The position numbers and the translations under genes are program-made. Below are positions 9,986 through 22,089 of a DNA stretch of 64,000 nt, piece after piece. The notes below the pieces were generated by a model that was not told the DNA's origin, made no database searches, and was given only the letters and a program-made list of their open reading frames with translations. Origin of the DNA: Antechinus flavipes (Eukaryota); contig NC_067398.1 in NCBI RefSeq assembly GCF_016432865.1, positions 663,586,001 to 663,650,000 of the forward strand, read 5' to 3'. The stretch's first letter is position 1, and every line of letters starts with the position of its first letter.

Positions 9986-11199
9986 AAGGTGGAGCTATTC
10001 AACTTCCACAGACAGTGGGATAATAAGGCTAAATTGATCCCCATCTGTGCCCTTCTCTCTGCTTCTCAGGGAATAATTCCATCAATACTTCAGTCCTTCT
10101 CTGCCAATGACATCTACTTACTCAAGATCTCAACACATTGGACCAAAGATTTAGATCTTTAAGAAATCTAAAGAAAGTAGCTTATTTAGTCTACTCCCCT
10201 CATTTTACAGATGAGAAAACTGAGGCCCCAAGAGAGTGACACATCGTTCTGTCTCTAAGACTAGCATTCCAGCCACACTAATCTGGTGTCTTAAAGTCCT
10301 GACATTCCACATTCTAATAAAATAAAATTTTATATATATATACACACATATATATTTATTTATATGTATGTATATATAATAGTCTAATTAAAAACTCGGA
10401 TATAGAAATTGATATTCTCAGATCCTTTCCAGTCCTGACATCCCAAGTTCTAAGATCTTTGGCAGTTTTGTCACTCAAGTGTACTGATGACCCTTCCATC
10501 CCTAACTTCTTGCTCTAACATTTAAGGACCAATAAGTTATCAAGTCAAATCCAACTGACTTTGAAAAAAAGAATATTGTAGACTTGTGCAAGAGGAATTA
10601 GAATGTGATAGAAAGAGCCCTGGAAATAGAGTAATAAGGCCTGAGTTCCTATCCAGATTATGCCATGTATTACAGGCACTTATATCTCTGGGTCTCAGTT
10701 TCTTTTGCTTTAAGATGGGCTTGTACTAGATGCTCTCTAAAGCCCCAGACAGCTTAAACCCCATGGTCTTGTGACATTCCCTGGAATGGAAATCAGAAAT
10801 CAAAGACCTCGAGTGAAAGATAGTTCTCACCGGTTCCCCTTAGAAAAGAGAATAAAGTATTTGACAACGCTGATTTCATCGGTCTGCAAAGGGAACAAGC
10901 AACATCCTTGCATGGGATACTAGGTCATACACCTTGTATTTCTTAGGACAGGTATAAGCAACAGGCCACCATGAAGAGGCATGAGGTGGAGCAGAGGACA
11001 GAGTGTTGCATCTGGAGCTGGGAAGATCTGAGTTCATCCAGGCAAGATAAATTTTTAATTGAGCATGCTTAATAAGTCTCATGTATATTAACTTCTCCTC
11101 CCTTAAGAAAGAGATAGCTACCATTTTTGAAAATGTGGTGATGTGGCAAGAGAAGGGGGGGAACATGGAAATGGATCAAGGAATGTATGTACTGGAAGT

Positions 11200-11870
11200 G
11201 TCATGAAATATTAGATTTTGGAAGGATCTCCAATGGAAATTCTGAGGAGGTAGGATGAGATTATGGAATATAACTGCTTGTTCTGGCCTCTGTAATTTGT
11301 GTTTGTACCCCCACAATGGTGGCCCACTTCTTGCAAGAAACATAATAAAGCTTTCCTCAACTCACTCCAAGAATTTGAGTCTAAAGTTTTCATTTCTGAC
11401 AAAATCAATCATAACTAAGCAAGATAGAGTAATAGGTGAGTGAGCAATTTGCTTTTGAAGGGATATGACTTTTATAGCTCAGGAGAAACCAAGGAGTGGG
11501 AGGGCAGGATCTGGAAAGTAAGGGAAGGAACCAGCAAGGAGTTTGACAGTATTGAGGAATGAGGGGAAATTAAGGCGGGATCTAGAGAATAACAAAGAAA
11601 TGTATAGAGATGTTGAGATTATCTTAAGGGGCAAACTGGAAAACTCTGGGAAAACTGAATTCCCATCAAGGCTGTCTCAAATATGCTAATCAAGACAGTC
11701 TGAAAAAAACTTGAGTTCCCATCATGGTTGACAATAGGAACTGCATGGGATGTTTTTAGAAATTCCTGAGAATAAACTAGTTCAGCCCACAATCTGGTCC
11801 AGAGTTCCCAACAATGGGATGGACAATAGTATTGATATTGCAGGGAAAAGAAAATGGAGGACAACTAATC
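11200..11870 (-). mobile_element. Possible degraded LTR
   Basis: Minus-strand CTATAAAA (~11470); shares ATATGCTAATCAA with the 33.7-34.2 kb LTR. Confidence 0.3.
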
Positions 11871-11939
11871 TTTATATTTAGAATTTTTTGATATTCGTTA
11901 AGGGTGAACGAGATAAAATGAGATCTTTCAAGACAGTTG

Positions 11940-12413
11940 TGAAAATCGAGTAAGGCTTCATCTATTTCAAAGTTTGAGTAGGCCTGAAGGACTTTAAGGT
12001 CAAGGGCATACTTAGTGTCTCCTCCCTGCTATCTTAAGGACATACTTAAAGTGTCCCTGCAATCCCCTCCCTGTTAGCCCCCTAAGGGCATACTTAAATC
12101 CCCTTCTTGTTATCCTCCCTATTTCAGCCAAATATGGGCAACTATGTACTTGTTGGTCAAGTTCAATTTCTTGGATAGTTCCCCCGTTTAGAATGTAAGA
12201 TCCTCAGCCAATAAGGATGAGGGTCAGTGGTGGGAGGGGGAATTTGCGTTAGGGATAAAAGCGCCGACCCTACCCCCTACGGTGCCTCCTCCCTTCGATT
12301 GTCTGTTCAATTGGTGGACGCCCGTTCTCAAGAATGTAAATAAACTTTGCTTTGCTTCTAGAGATCTATCTAGTTGTTTTATTAATTAATTAAATGGGGA
12401 AAATAGAACCCCA
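11940..12413 (+). mobile_element. Solo LTR (ERV), plus orientation
   Basis: Three U3 repeats AAGG(G/A)CATACTTA; CCAAT at 12208; GATAAAA at 12254; CpG-retaining R region; AATAAA at 12339. TSD not resolved. Confidence 0.75.
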
Positions 12414-12799
12414 TGTGTTATAAAACTGACTTTTTAAAAGCTTAACAAAATGCTTTATAAGACAGAATGACATCTCTGTGGTATGGGTGTCCCTTAGCCC
12501 TCTTCTCTCTACACTTTCTTCCTTGGTAACTTCATTCCTATTGTTTCAGTTAACTCTTCTACATGTAGATGACTTTCAAACCAACATCTCAGATGAGTTT
12601 AAATGATATATGTAAAGCACTTTCCAAATCTTAAATCCTTTTTATTATTTATTATTTAATTCTTATCTTTTAAAAAGTGGATTTCAGTGAGAAATCATCC
12701 TGTGATAAGTCACTTTCTTGCTAGTAATCTTTTATATATACTATTTTGTAGGGGTCATTTCCAATCATCCCACTCTATATCTTCCCACTGGATTTAGAT

Positions 12800-14110
12800 G
12801 GCTTCAGAGGAGAGAGTACGACTGGTGATTTTGCACAGCCCTCCCTCACTTAAATCCAATTCACTTACAAGTCATGGCATCACCTTCCTGATTTCATAAT
12901 TCTCTTCAAGAACTAAGAATAAACAACAACTCCTAAGTAGTAGTATCTTGGGAACCAATTGGCTAGTTTCAGTTGGGCAACACAGTTTCTTCCTTCCTTC
13001 TTTCTTTCTTCTCTCTCTCCTTCCCCTCCCACCCTTCTCTCCCTCTGTCTATGTAAGGAGTCATACCCTTACTTTCAGGTGCTCTGCTCAAAAGACTGTA
13101 AATTTTAATGGCTGGAACCATATACTGAAAATATATTGGGGTTTAGGGGCTAGATATCTATCATGCCTTAAACCAAATCCCTCTGGCTGTCATTGATTGA
13201 CCTACAATAAGTCCACGCCCAAACCTCACTTGAGCCATTGTTTGAGCCCTGATTGTTTCTCTTTTGGTCAGAAACCCTAAAATCTTCCCTCCCAGACTAA
13301 TTTTTAACTAGGGAAGAGACCATTCTTTGTCTCATTTCTTGCCTAGCTTTAATCATTGAATGAGCACTGTCGTAGTCAAACTGAGACCTCAGAAAGACTG
13401 TAACTTAAAAAAGCCAAGGTCCCCCCCACTGCATCCAGGACTATCTTCTGTCATCCTGCTCTATATCTTGTCACTCCAGAGGGCTCCAGAGAAGAAAGTG
13501 AGGCTGCTGCTGAATTTACATAGCCTCCCTGATGCGGGAAAGCTTCCTTTCTAGATTCCCACCCTCTCCTAGTTAATAATGTAAATTGCCCTTTAACTCA
13601 CAAATCCTGGTCCCTTTGAATTCCAATAGAAGATCTGACCTGTTCCCAGCTCCACCCGGATATGAGCCAACTTTGGGGCTACACCCGAAAGCCCCTCGAG
13701 CTAAGTCTCCTATTATAAAAAGGCCACGCTGGGAACCCCTCTTTGCAGAGATTCCAAACATGGCTACCATGTGAGGACCCTCTGTCTACTGGACCCTCTG
13801 TCCAGTGCCCTCCTTATCTCTACCTTCGCCTATACTTTAACTTTGCTTATCTAATAATAAACCTCTTTTATCAATCTAGCTCTCTGGGCTTTTATTGGGA
13901 ACTCGCGCCGCTACTAGACCCCCTTGCGTCGAATCTGTACCCCAAATCTGCCACTAGACCTTAACCCTAATTTCATTTAGGTACCCCAACGCTAGACCTC
14001 AACATCCCTTCCTTAAATCCAATTCACTGGCATCACCTTCCTGATATTATGATCCTCTTCATGAATGAGAATGTCCTTCATTCTCAAGAGGAACAAATAA
14101 CAACCGTGTT
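12800..14110. mobile_element. Marsupial RTE-associated SINE copies (WALLSI/Mar3-like) at ~12800-12930 and ~13290-13529 + 14005-14110 (split by an LTR)
   Basis: CCCTCACTTAAATCCAATTCAC...GGCATCACCTTCCTGAT signature; similar copies at ~29400-29800, ~34940-35180 and ~36540-36960. Confidence 0.6.
13530..14004 (+). mobile_element. Solo LTR, 475 bp, ERV1-like, with 4-bp TSD TCCC
   Basis: TG...CA termini; TSD at 13526-13529 and 14005-14008; TATAAAA at 13714; AATAAA at 13856; the host SINE resumes exactly across it. Confidence 0.88.
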
Positions 14111-14569
14111 CTACAAACTATTGCACAAGTATGTAAAATAATTGCTTTTTTGTAAATGAATAAAAGTTTTGGAATATTTGTTTATATTCTGTGAGTTCAC
14201 TGAAAGCACTTTCTGGATAAATTCCATAGTAAATGGGATGGCTAGAATGATAGCACCTCATCCAGCTTCCAAATGATTTTCTTCAGCTAGACCTCTACAT
14301 TTCAAAAGCTTTTCATTCTATGTAAAATGGAGATTATGCATATTCGATATGGCACTATTTTAAGGACTGATTAAATTTTTATTTATCTATTATAGCCAGA
14401 TGATTATGATTGCAATGTGTAATAATATTCAATTTCCAATATAGATTACTTGTTGAATTCTCAAGGATAGTTTAGCATCTGAACTATATAGTATAGAGAT
14501 TCATCTATTAGCTTATGAAGAATAGCATGTTTCTAGTGTATAATATTGTCCACCAGATGGTGTTTTTAA

Positions 14570-15120
14570 AATTATTTTATTGGTATCTTTTTATTTTAAA
14601 TAATATCTTATTTTTCCCAATCACATATAAAAATAATTTTAATATTTTAAATTTTTTTTTTAAATTTTCCAAATTCTCTCCCTCTCTTTTCCCTTCCCCA
14701 TAATAAGTAATTTGATATAGGCTATACATATGCAATTATGCAAAACATATTTCTGTATTGTCATGTTGTGAAAGAAAACAGACCAAAGAAACCCTACCAA
14801 AAGCCATACATGAGGGGAAGCTAGATAGAGCAGTGGATAGAGCACCAGTCTCAAAGTAAGGAGGACCTGAGTTCAAATCTGACCTCAGACATTTAACACT
14901 TCCCAGCTTTGTGACCCTGGGCAAATCACTTAATCTCAATTGCCTCAGAAAAAAATAAATAAACCCAAACACACATGAAAAAAAAAGTAAAAAATAGTAT
15001 GCTTTAATATGCATTCAGATTTCATCAGTTCTTTCTTTAGAGATGGATAACATTTTTCATCATGAATCTTTTGGACCTTTACACTGCTGAAAATAGCTGT
15101 CCTTCCCAGTTGATAATTGT
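14570..15120 (-). mobile_element. L1 3' end carrying a WSINE1 insertion (14814-~14990, plus strand)
   Basis: Reversed L1 3' UTR text; SINE head GGGGAAGCTAG...GATAGAGCACC and ACATTTAACACTTCCCAGC core. Confidence 0.75.
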
Positions 15121-15124
15121 CTAA

Positions 15125-15995
15125 TTTCATCATCTGAGCTACCATCTCACACCTCTCAAACGGGCTAAGATGACAGGAAAAGATAATGATAAATGTTGGA
15201 GGGGATGTGAAAAAACTGGGACACTAATACATTGTTAGTGGAGTTGTAAAATGACGCAACCATTCTGGAGAACAACTTGAAACTATGCCCAAAGGACTAT
15301 AAACTGTGCATAAACTTTGATTCTGCAGGGTCTCTATTGGATCTATATCCCAAAGAGATCATAAAAGAGGGAAAAGGACCCACATGTACACAAATATTTG
15401 TAATAGCTCTTTTTGTAGTGGCAAGGAATTGGAAATTAAGTGAATTTCCATCAACTGGGGAATGGCTGAATAAGTTAAGGCATATGAATGTATTGGAATA
15501 TTATTGTTCTATAAGAAATGATGAGTGGTCTGATTTCAGAAAATCCTGATGCCGAGTGAAATGAGCAGAACCAAAACATTATACACAGTAACAGCAAGAT
15601 TATATAATGATAAACTTCTACTTAGCTCTTCTCAGCACTGTGGTGATCCAAGACAAGTCCAATAGAGTTGAGATGGAAAATGCCATCTGTATCCAGAAAA
15701 AGAACTATGGAGACTGAATGTGGATTGAAGCATACTACTTTTTACTTTTTTAGGTTTGTTTGTTTTTTCTTCCTTGCAGGTTTTTCTTTTTTCTCTGATT
15801 TTTCTTGCATAACATGACAAATATGGAAATATGGTTAAAATAATTATATATGCATAACTTATATCAGATTGCTTGCTATCCCCGGGACGGGGTGGGGGTG
15901 GGGGACAAGAGGGAAGAGAGAAAAAAATTGGAGCACAAAATCTTACAAAAATGAATGCAGAAAACTATCTTTACATGTATTCAGAAAAAAGAAAA
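15125..15995 (+). mobile_element. L1 3' portion (ORF2 end and 3' UTR)
   Basis: CATCTCACACC...GATAAATGTTGGAGGGGATGTG...ACCATTCTGGAGA; ends in an A-rich tail. Confidence 0.85.
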
Positions 15996-16008
15996 AGAAT
16001 TTGGTATA

Positions 16009-16150
16009 CAGACATAGCTCATTTCATTGCACTTTGTTTTATTGCACTTTGCAGATATTACATTTTTTACAAGGTTTGAAGGTTTGTGGCAACCTTGCAC
16101 CAAGCAAATCTATTGATGCCATTTTCCCAACAGCATGTTCTCACATCATA
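16009..16150 (+). mobile_element. Tigger1-like (TcMar/pogo) 5' terminal fragment
   Basis: TA|CAGACATAGCTCATTTCATTGCACTTTG...GAAGGTTTGTGGCAACCTTGCA...GCCATTTTCCCAACAGCATG matches the Tigger1 left end. Confidence 0.8.
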
Positions 16151-16660
16151 TCTCTTCGTCTCTCATAACTTTGATGCCAGATGTGTGTTGCTTAGAGAAA
16201 TGTGAGACATTTGTAAGGATTGCCTTTATCCTTACAAGTTTATCACTGGTTCAATTTGATTTCCAAATTATTCCTTTTTCTAGCCCCTATATCTCTCAGG
16301 ACTTCTTTACCATATCACCAACTATCTACTGGATATCTCCACTTGGATTTCCACTGATATCTCAAATTGAACCATAATTGAATTTGTCATTTCCCTTCTA
16401 AATCTGTTACTTTTCCCAACAATACAGCTTCTATTGATGGGAACCACCACCCTTCCAGTTGCTCAAGGCTTAAAATCTTAAAAAACATTTTTTACTCTTA
16501 TCTCTTCATCATTTCCCATATTAAATAATTTCTTAAGTCCTATTGATTCCACAACATCTTTTGAATCTGTTTGTTTTTACTATTCCCAGTTCTATTTAAT
16601 TAATTCAGGACCCTCATCACCTCTTACCTTTTAATTGATTCCTAAATGCTTTCTCTTTCT
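16150..16660 (+). mobile_element. L2 fragment
   Basis: CTACTGGATATCTCCACTTGGA...CTCAA...GACCCTCATCACCTCT pattern. Confidence 0.6.
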
Positions 16661-16899
16661 CAAGTATGGCTTTTTGACTTTGTTAGGGAAGAGGATTATA
16701 TAAAGAGTAGATATCATTATGATCATATATGATATCAATAAGGCAGAATTATTCAACTCATTTTGATTTTGCTTCATCTGCTAAGAAAACCACTTTTGGG
16801 TTGGAAACAAATAGAGATAAGAGCACACCTTGCTACTCTCAGTGAGTTCAAATTACCAGTTCCAAATAAGCTGCTAATAGTGTCTTAGAGTTCTGAAAG

Positions 16900-17190
16900 A
16901 ACTGATGGGTAGGATTCCTGAGTCATTGCCAGTGAATTTTTAGACACCAAAAAGAACAATAGAAATGTCTTTCAGGACTGGAGAAAAGAAAATGTTATCT
17001 TGGTTTATCCTGCCCACCTTCTTCCCCCAAAAACTAATTAAATAAATAAAAATTTCAAAAAGGGAAGGGTCTGCAAATTCTAGAATTTCAATTCCTGGAA
17101 AAAATTTAGAGTGTACTTGAGAAAGGGATGATTTGTGAATATCTAGAAAAAGGAGTGATGGATGTAAACAGAAGTTTTCATCAAGGACAA
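16900..17190 (+). mobile_element. L3/CR1 fragment
   Basis: GGACTGGAGAA..GAAAATGT..., AATTCCTGGAAAAA, TTTGTGAATATCTAGAAAA. Confidence 0.6.
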
Positions 17191-17339
17191 TTCATGCCTG
17201 CCTGCCTGCCTTCCCTCTTCCCTCTCTTCCTCCCTGTCTCCTTTCTTCCTTCCTCCCTCCTTCCCTCTCTTCCTTCTATCCTTCTTTACTTCCTCCCTTC
17301 CTTCCTTTCTATCTGTCTTTCCTCCAAGGGTTATTAAAG

Positions 17340-19000
17340 AGATAAGCTAGAAAAGTTTCTCATTTACCTATGACTTCTTTATGATCCTTGCAGATGATAA
17401 ATTTTTGTGTACTTTGCATGCATAATTTCAAATTGTATTTATTTGTCACTTTTCCATTAAGTTTTCTCCATGTATCTATTTGATCTAGTTTGGTTAGCAC
17501 TATATTTAATTTTATTTTCTTTATCTTTCTTTTAGATTTGTCATTTTCTTGTAGTTAGGTATTGAAATATTCCATTATTAATCATTTACTTATTGCCTCT
17601 TAGAAAATGTCAAGCTTTACGATGAACAATTTTACTGCCAAATTATATGGTGCATAAATATTTAAAATATTTATTTGAATAGTACCTTTGAAAAGAAAAT
17701 GTAATTTCCTCATCTTTTCCTTTTTAAAGTGTTTCTATTTGAATTTAATTTTGCCTGATGTTATCAGAGCCACTTCCTTTTCTTTTCAAACTATCTGTAG
17801 AATGATAAACATTGGTAAGATCTATTTCAATTTAGAAGTAGTCTCATTTACATGAGGGTATTCTGAAAGATATCCCATATCCAAAGTGTTTTGTGGGTCA
17901 ACATCCATCATCAGTCTCCACTGATTTGTTTCTTGTGCCAACCAGAAGACACATTAGTTCAAATAGCATTGCATAATCAATGACAAGAAAGCTCTCTACA
18001 CACTAGGAATGTTCTCAGTAGGTTTATTTTGCATTATTATTAAGTAAATGCTTATTCATTATTAGGAATGGCTAGTTATGTAAATGTCACATATTGTGAA
18101 TTATAAGAGCCTACTGGTGGGTCTGCCCCCCTCAAATCTCTTCTTTCTCCAATCCATCCTCCATTCAGCCATTACAACAATGTTCCTAATGTGGAGGCCC
18201 AATTATGTCACTCCTCTACTCAATATCTACTCTACCATCACCAGGATAAAATCAAAATCTTTTGGGCATACCTTCCCATTCTTCTTACACATACTCTTCC
18301 CCACTGTATTCTATGATTCAGTGACATATAGAACTGAGATCATTCCATGAACAAGATACTTTATCTCTTGGCCCTGGGCATTTTCTGTGGCTGACCCCCA
18401 TACTTGGAATGCTCTTCCTCCTTATCTTCTCCTGGCTTCCTTTAAGTCCAAACTAAAATCTCATCTTCAACAGGAAGACTTCCTATTCCTTCTTAATTCT
18501 AGCACGTTCTCTCTTTTAATTATTTCCTATTTATTCCATATACAGCTTTTATATATTTGTTTGTATGTTGTCTCCCTTATTAGATTGTAACTCCTGGGGT
18601 AGAGACTGCTTCTTTTTGTATCTCGAGTGTTTAGCTCAGTTCCTAGAACATAGAAGGTACTTAATAAATGCTTATTGACTGACATCCTTTAGTAATACCA
18701 TCTGAAAAATTGTTCTTTTTTCCATCTGTTATATGGTCTCCTCTAAACTATTGCTCTATGCTGCCATCTGCTGAGTTTTCAAGTGCCATTTGACCTTTTA
18801 ACTGATGGAAGGAAAAGACAGCATTCATTTCTTAGTTTTTATTTTTTTGCTCATGGCTCGAGGGGCTTTTTCAGCTCTTTTGCTATGTAGAACCCAACCA
18901 GCTACACTCAGCCAGCTAGCTAAAGAAGCTCTTATACATTAAGATCTATCTTTTGCACTTGATTTTTGTACACTTGACATTTCATTCCCTAGGTCAAATT
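17340..19000 (-). mobile_element. Old L1 5' region (ORF1 to ORF2 start), heavily decayed, with a nested L2 3' end at ~18070-18685 (plus strand)
   Basis: Reversed L1 endonuclease-like text at 17340-17830; ATGAGCAAAAAAATAAAAACT ORF1-start-like text at ~18855; canonical L2 terminus at 18685. Confidence 0.45.
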
Positions 19001-19739
19001 TTCTATCTCATTTCAGTTCCAGAACTCACATCTCCTCAAGTATCCTGAGGTGGGAAGGTGAGGGGGAATAAGGACTCCTTCTGACTGGAAAATGGAGAGC
19101 TTCTCCCAAGATCTTCATTAAAGAAGGATCTCCTGGCCAGTTCTCTTTATTTCTCATCCAGCTGCATTCCTTTGGATTTCTTCCTCTTTCTCTCTACCAC
19201 ATTTTGGCTTTTTGTGTGTGTGTGTATTGTTACGTTTTCTCTGTTTGAAAGTAAGATCCTTCAAGGCAGAAACAATCTTTGCTTTTCTTCATATGCCCAG
19301 TGCATGGCCTATAAAGGCATTTAATAAATATTTATTAACTGATTGACTAACTTGAGGTTAAAAAATTCCCTTTAGTTCCTTTGTTATTTCAAGTATAGTA
19401 GTTGAAGTTCATGAAAATCCCACCAAGAAGAAAGAAGGTTGGGTAGAACTAATGGCCTTTGTCTTGCTGAAATTTTGAGAAAGAGAACGAACTAGATCAC
19501 ATTTGGAAAATTTCAAAGTACTTTCACTGACCCAAGCTACATACTATCATCAAACAATCTCAAAAAAGCTTTATTTTTCATTTTTCTCTGGTTTTGATGA
19601 GTCAGATAGCTACAAATCATGGAAAACCACAATCCCAGAAAAGTCAAAATGGTGAATGACTCAAATTGTAATGGTTAAAATGATGGTACATGCAAATAGG
19701 CTGCAGCATTTCATCAACACTAACTTACAGATAAAAACT

Positions 19740-19940
19740 AGCATTAAACATCACCAAAGATTGGAAAAGGAGATGGACCAGACATATAACAAAAGCAAGA
19801 GATAATAGCTCCCTGCTAGTCCTACATTGGTATAGGTGAAATATTTTAAAAGTCCAAAATCTCCTGAGCACTGAGTCAATCTTTTGTGGAAGATATATTG
19901 AAAGACATGGACAAGACAATATGAAGCAATTAAATATTCA
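19740..19940 (+). mobile_element. RTE LINE 3' fragment
   Basis: GGAAAAGGAGATGG...GCAAGAGATAATAG...CATTGGTAT...GACATGGACAAGA corresponds to the RTE C-terminus (KRRWAGH..ARDNRW..HWYP..KTWTR). Confidence 0.7.
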
Positions 19941-20067
19941 TATTGACAATAGGGATGCATCAAACTGATGAGGTATAGCCCTTAGGAATGTTGTAGTAAT
20001 AACCGCCAGATTATCTAATCTTAGGAATGATGTAGTGGAAACCTCAATGGAGACCTCAATACTTTTC

Positions 20068-20168
20068 TTTTTTTTTTTAATTTTTATTTAATAATTGCTT
20101 TATATTGACAGAATCCATGCCAGGGTAATTTTTTTTTACAACATTATCCCTTGCACTCATCTCTGTTC
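20068..20168 (-). mobile_element. 5'-truncated young L1 (~100 bp) with 15-bp TSD
   Basis: Poly-T, then ATAATTGCTTTATATTGACAGAATCCATGCCAGGGTAAT; TSD ACCTCAATACTTTTC (20053-20067) / ACCTCAGTATTTTTC (20169-20183). Confidence 0.8.
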
Positions 20169-20577
20169 ACCTCAGTATTTTTCAAGAAACTTCCATTACC
20201 AACATTTCTGTCAATGTTGTGAACCCTATTCCCAAAATATCATTTACTCTATTTTATTCTTTGTTCTGTACTCCCCAAATCCTTATAAATTTACCTGTTT
20301 CCTTCTTGCTCTTTGCTATTTTCCTTTCTTGAAATTTAACCTGCCTTAACTAATATTATTATTACAATAAAACTTTGCCTCTTGACTTAGAAATTATCTA
20401 GGTTTCCAAATTCTTTTAGGATATCTATCACAGCAGTCTAGAACCCCAATATATTTTGGGGGATCCCCTACACCTCTGAATCCCAACAAAATTATATTCT
20501 ATCATCCTTCCTTGCTTTAACATTCTTTGATCTATGTTCTAAGTTCCCTTCCAGGTCTGACCTGCTATATTCTGAAG

Positions 20578-20763
20578 CAGGGGTTGTTAACCTTTTTTGT
20601 GTGTCATGGACTCCTGGTGAAACTTATGGACCTTTTCTCAGAAGAATGTTTTTTAAATTTACAAAATAAAATATGTAGAATTACAAAGAAAACCAAATAC
20701 ACTGAAAAGCAATCATCACAATATTAATTAAAAAAAAAAATGGACCCCGGGTTAAAAATCCAA
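20578..20763 (+). mobile_element. hAT-Charlie non-autonomous element (Charlie4-like)
   Basis: CAGGGGTTGTTAACC...GGGTTAAAAATCC TIRs; 8-bp TSD TTCTGAAG / GTCTAAAG. A second copy lies at 49253-49443 inside a MIR. Confidence 0.75.
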
Positions 20764-21097
20764 GTCTAAAGTCATCCAAGAAATGGTCACAGAAGAAATG
20801 GGGACAGAAATGTTCCCCGTGGGGCAGCATATGTGCCCCCATTGCTACAATGTTTTCCCCTTGCTACTCTTTTCCTAAGTAGTCAATAGACCACAGAGGA
20901 ATATTGTTATTGGATGAAACAAACATTCATATAAATGCATGATTCTCATCTCTCCATTAGAAATCCTTGAAGACAGAGCATGTATAATTTTTTTCACACT
21001 TGTATCCTTAATTATCTATTTACCAATTACCCTTTTACTAATTATCAATTTATCAATTACTTTTTAATGGCATAAGTAATAACAAGCTAAGATCTGG

Positions 21098-21270
21098 AAA
21101 GAATTGTGTTGGAGCTCATTGTACTAGCTTTCAAGAATGATTGTTAAATTTTCAGTGTGAGCATTTATAACTCAGAAATCAGCCAAGACTACAAATCAAA
21201 GCTTGATTATTGTTTTGTTGATTATCTATGTTTAAGAAAGTGATGGAAAAATTCCAATTAAACTTAAAAA
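21098..21270 (+). mobile_element. MER63-like hAT element, right-truncated
   Basis: GATTGTTAAATTTTCAG...CTACAAATCA..GCTTGATTATTGTTTTGTTGATT...TTAAACTTAAAA. Confidence 0.65.
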
Positions 21271-22089
21271 GCCCAAAGCCAGGCTGAAGGTCTAACACCT
21301 GGATAGTTTTGGAGCAATATTAGAGGGAAAGTGGGGCCAAAGAACAAAGGAGGGGAATACTGGGACTGCCACAGTCAGATGACAAAGAGGAATAAAATTC
21401 TATTCCTAATCATGGAGATTCCCCCTGGGGGCTGCTTTGGTATAATGAACAGCACAGACAGCAGCCTGTCCTGCTGCATCAATGGGAATAACGGTTTAAC
21501 AATCTGATAATATCATTTTTCCCATCCCCCAGGCACTTTCTTCCCAATGAACATCCCAGATTCCCCTGGGGTACTTGTGAAGCTGCACAGATTGGCCAGC
21601 TTGGGGGCAGAGGGAGTCAAACTCTTAGAAGAGGAAGAAGAGAAAACAAAAGCCCTGGCATCTCCTTTTACCTTTTTTCATGGTAAAATGGAAAGGCATA
21701 CTGGTTTCAGAATAATATGGTCTGGATTCCAATTCTGCTTCTGATAATTGTTACTTGTGAGACTTGAGCCAGTGGCTTATATGCATTCTGCATATAATAT
21801 ATAACGGTTATATATTACGTAATATATTATATGTGTAAATATATATTATATGTAAAACATATACTTTATGCATCTATAATGCTAGGGCTTTAAGCATTTT
21901 ATGGTTGTTTGAAATGGGATTTTCTTTTCTATTACTGCTTCTTAGATTTTGTTATTGTTATAATAGAAATGCAGTTGATTTCTGAGGACCTTTTTTCTTC
22001 CCTATAAGATGAGGAGATTGAACTAAATGACTTCTGAGATCTCTATATTCCTAAGATTTATCACTACAGGTTGAAGATTACTGAGGATC

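Noticed and set aside
17830-19300. Possible endogenous non-retroviral viral element or retrocopy in AT-rich unique-looking sequence
   Set aside because: No recognisable viral or cellular motif in any frame I translated; better explained as decayed L1 5' sequence plus L2
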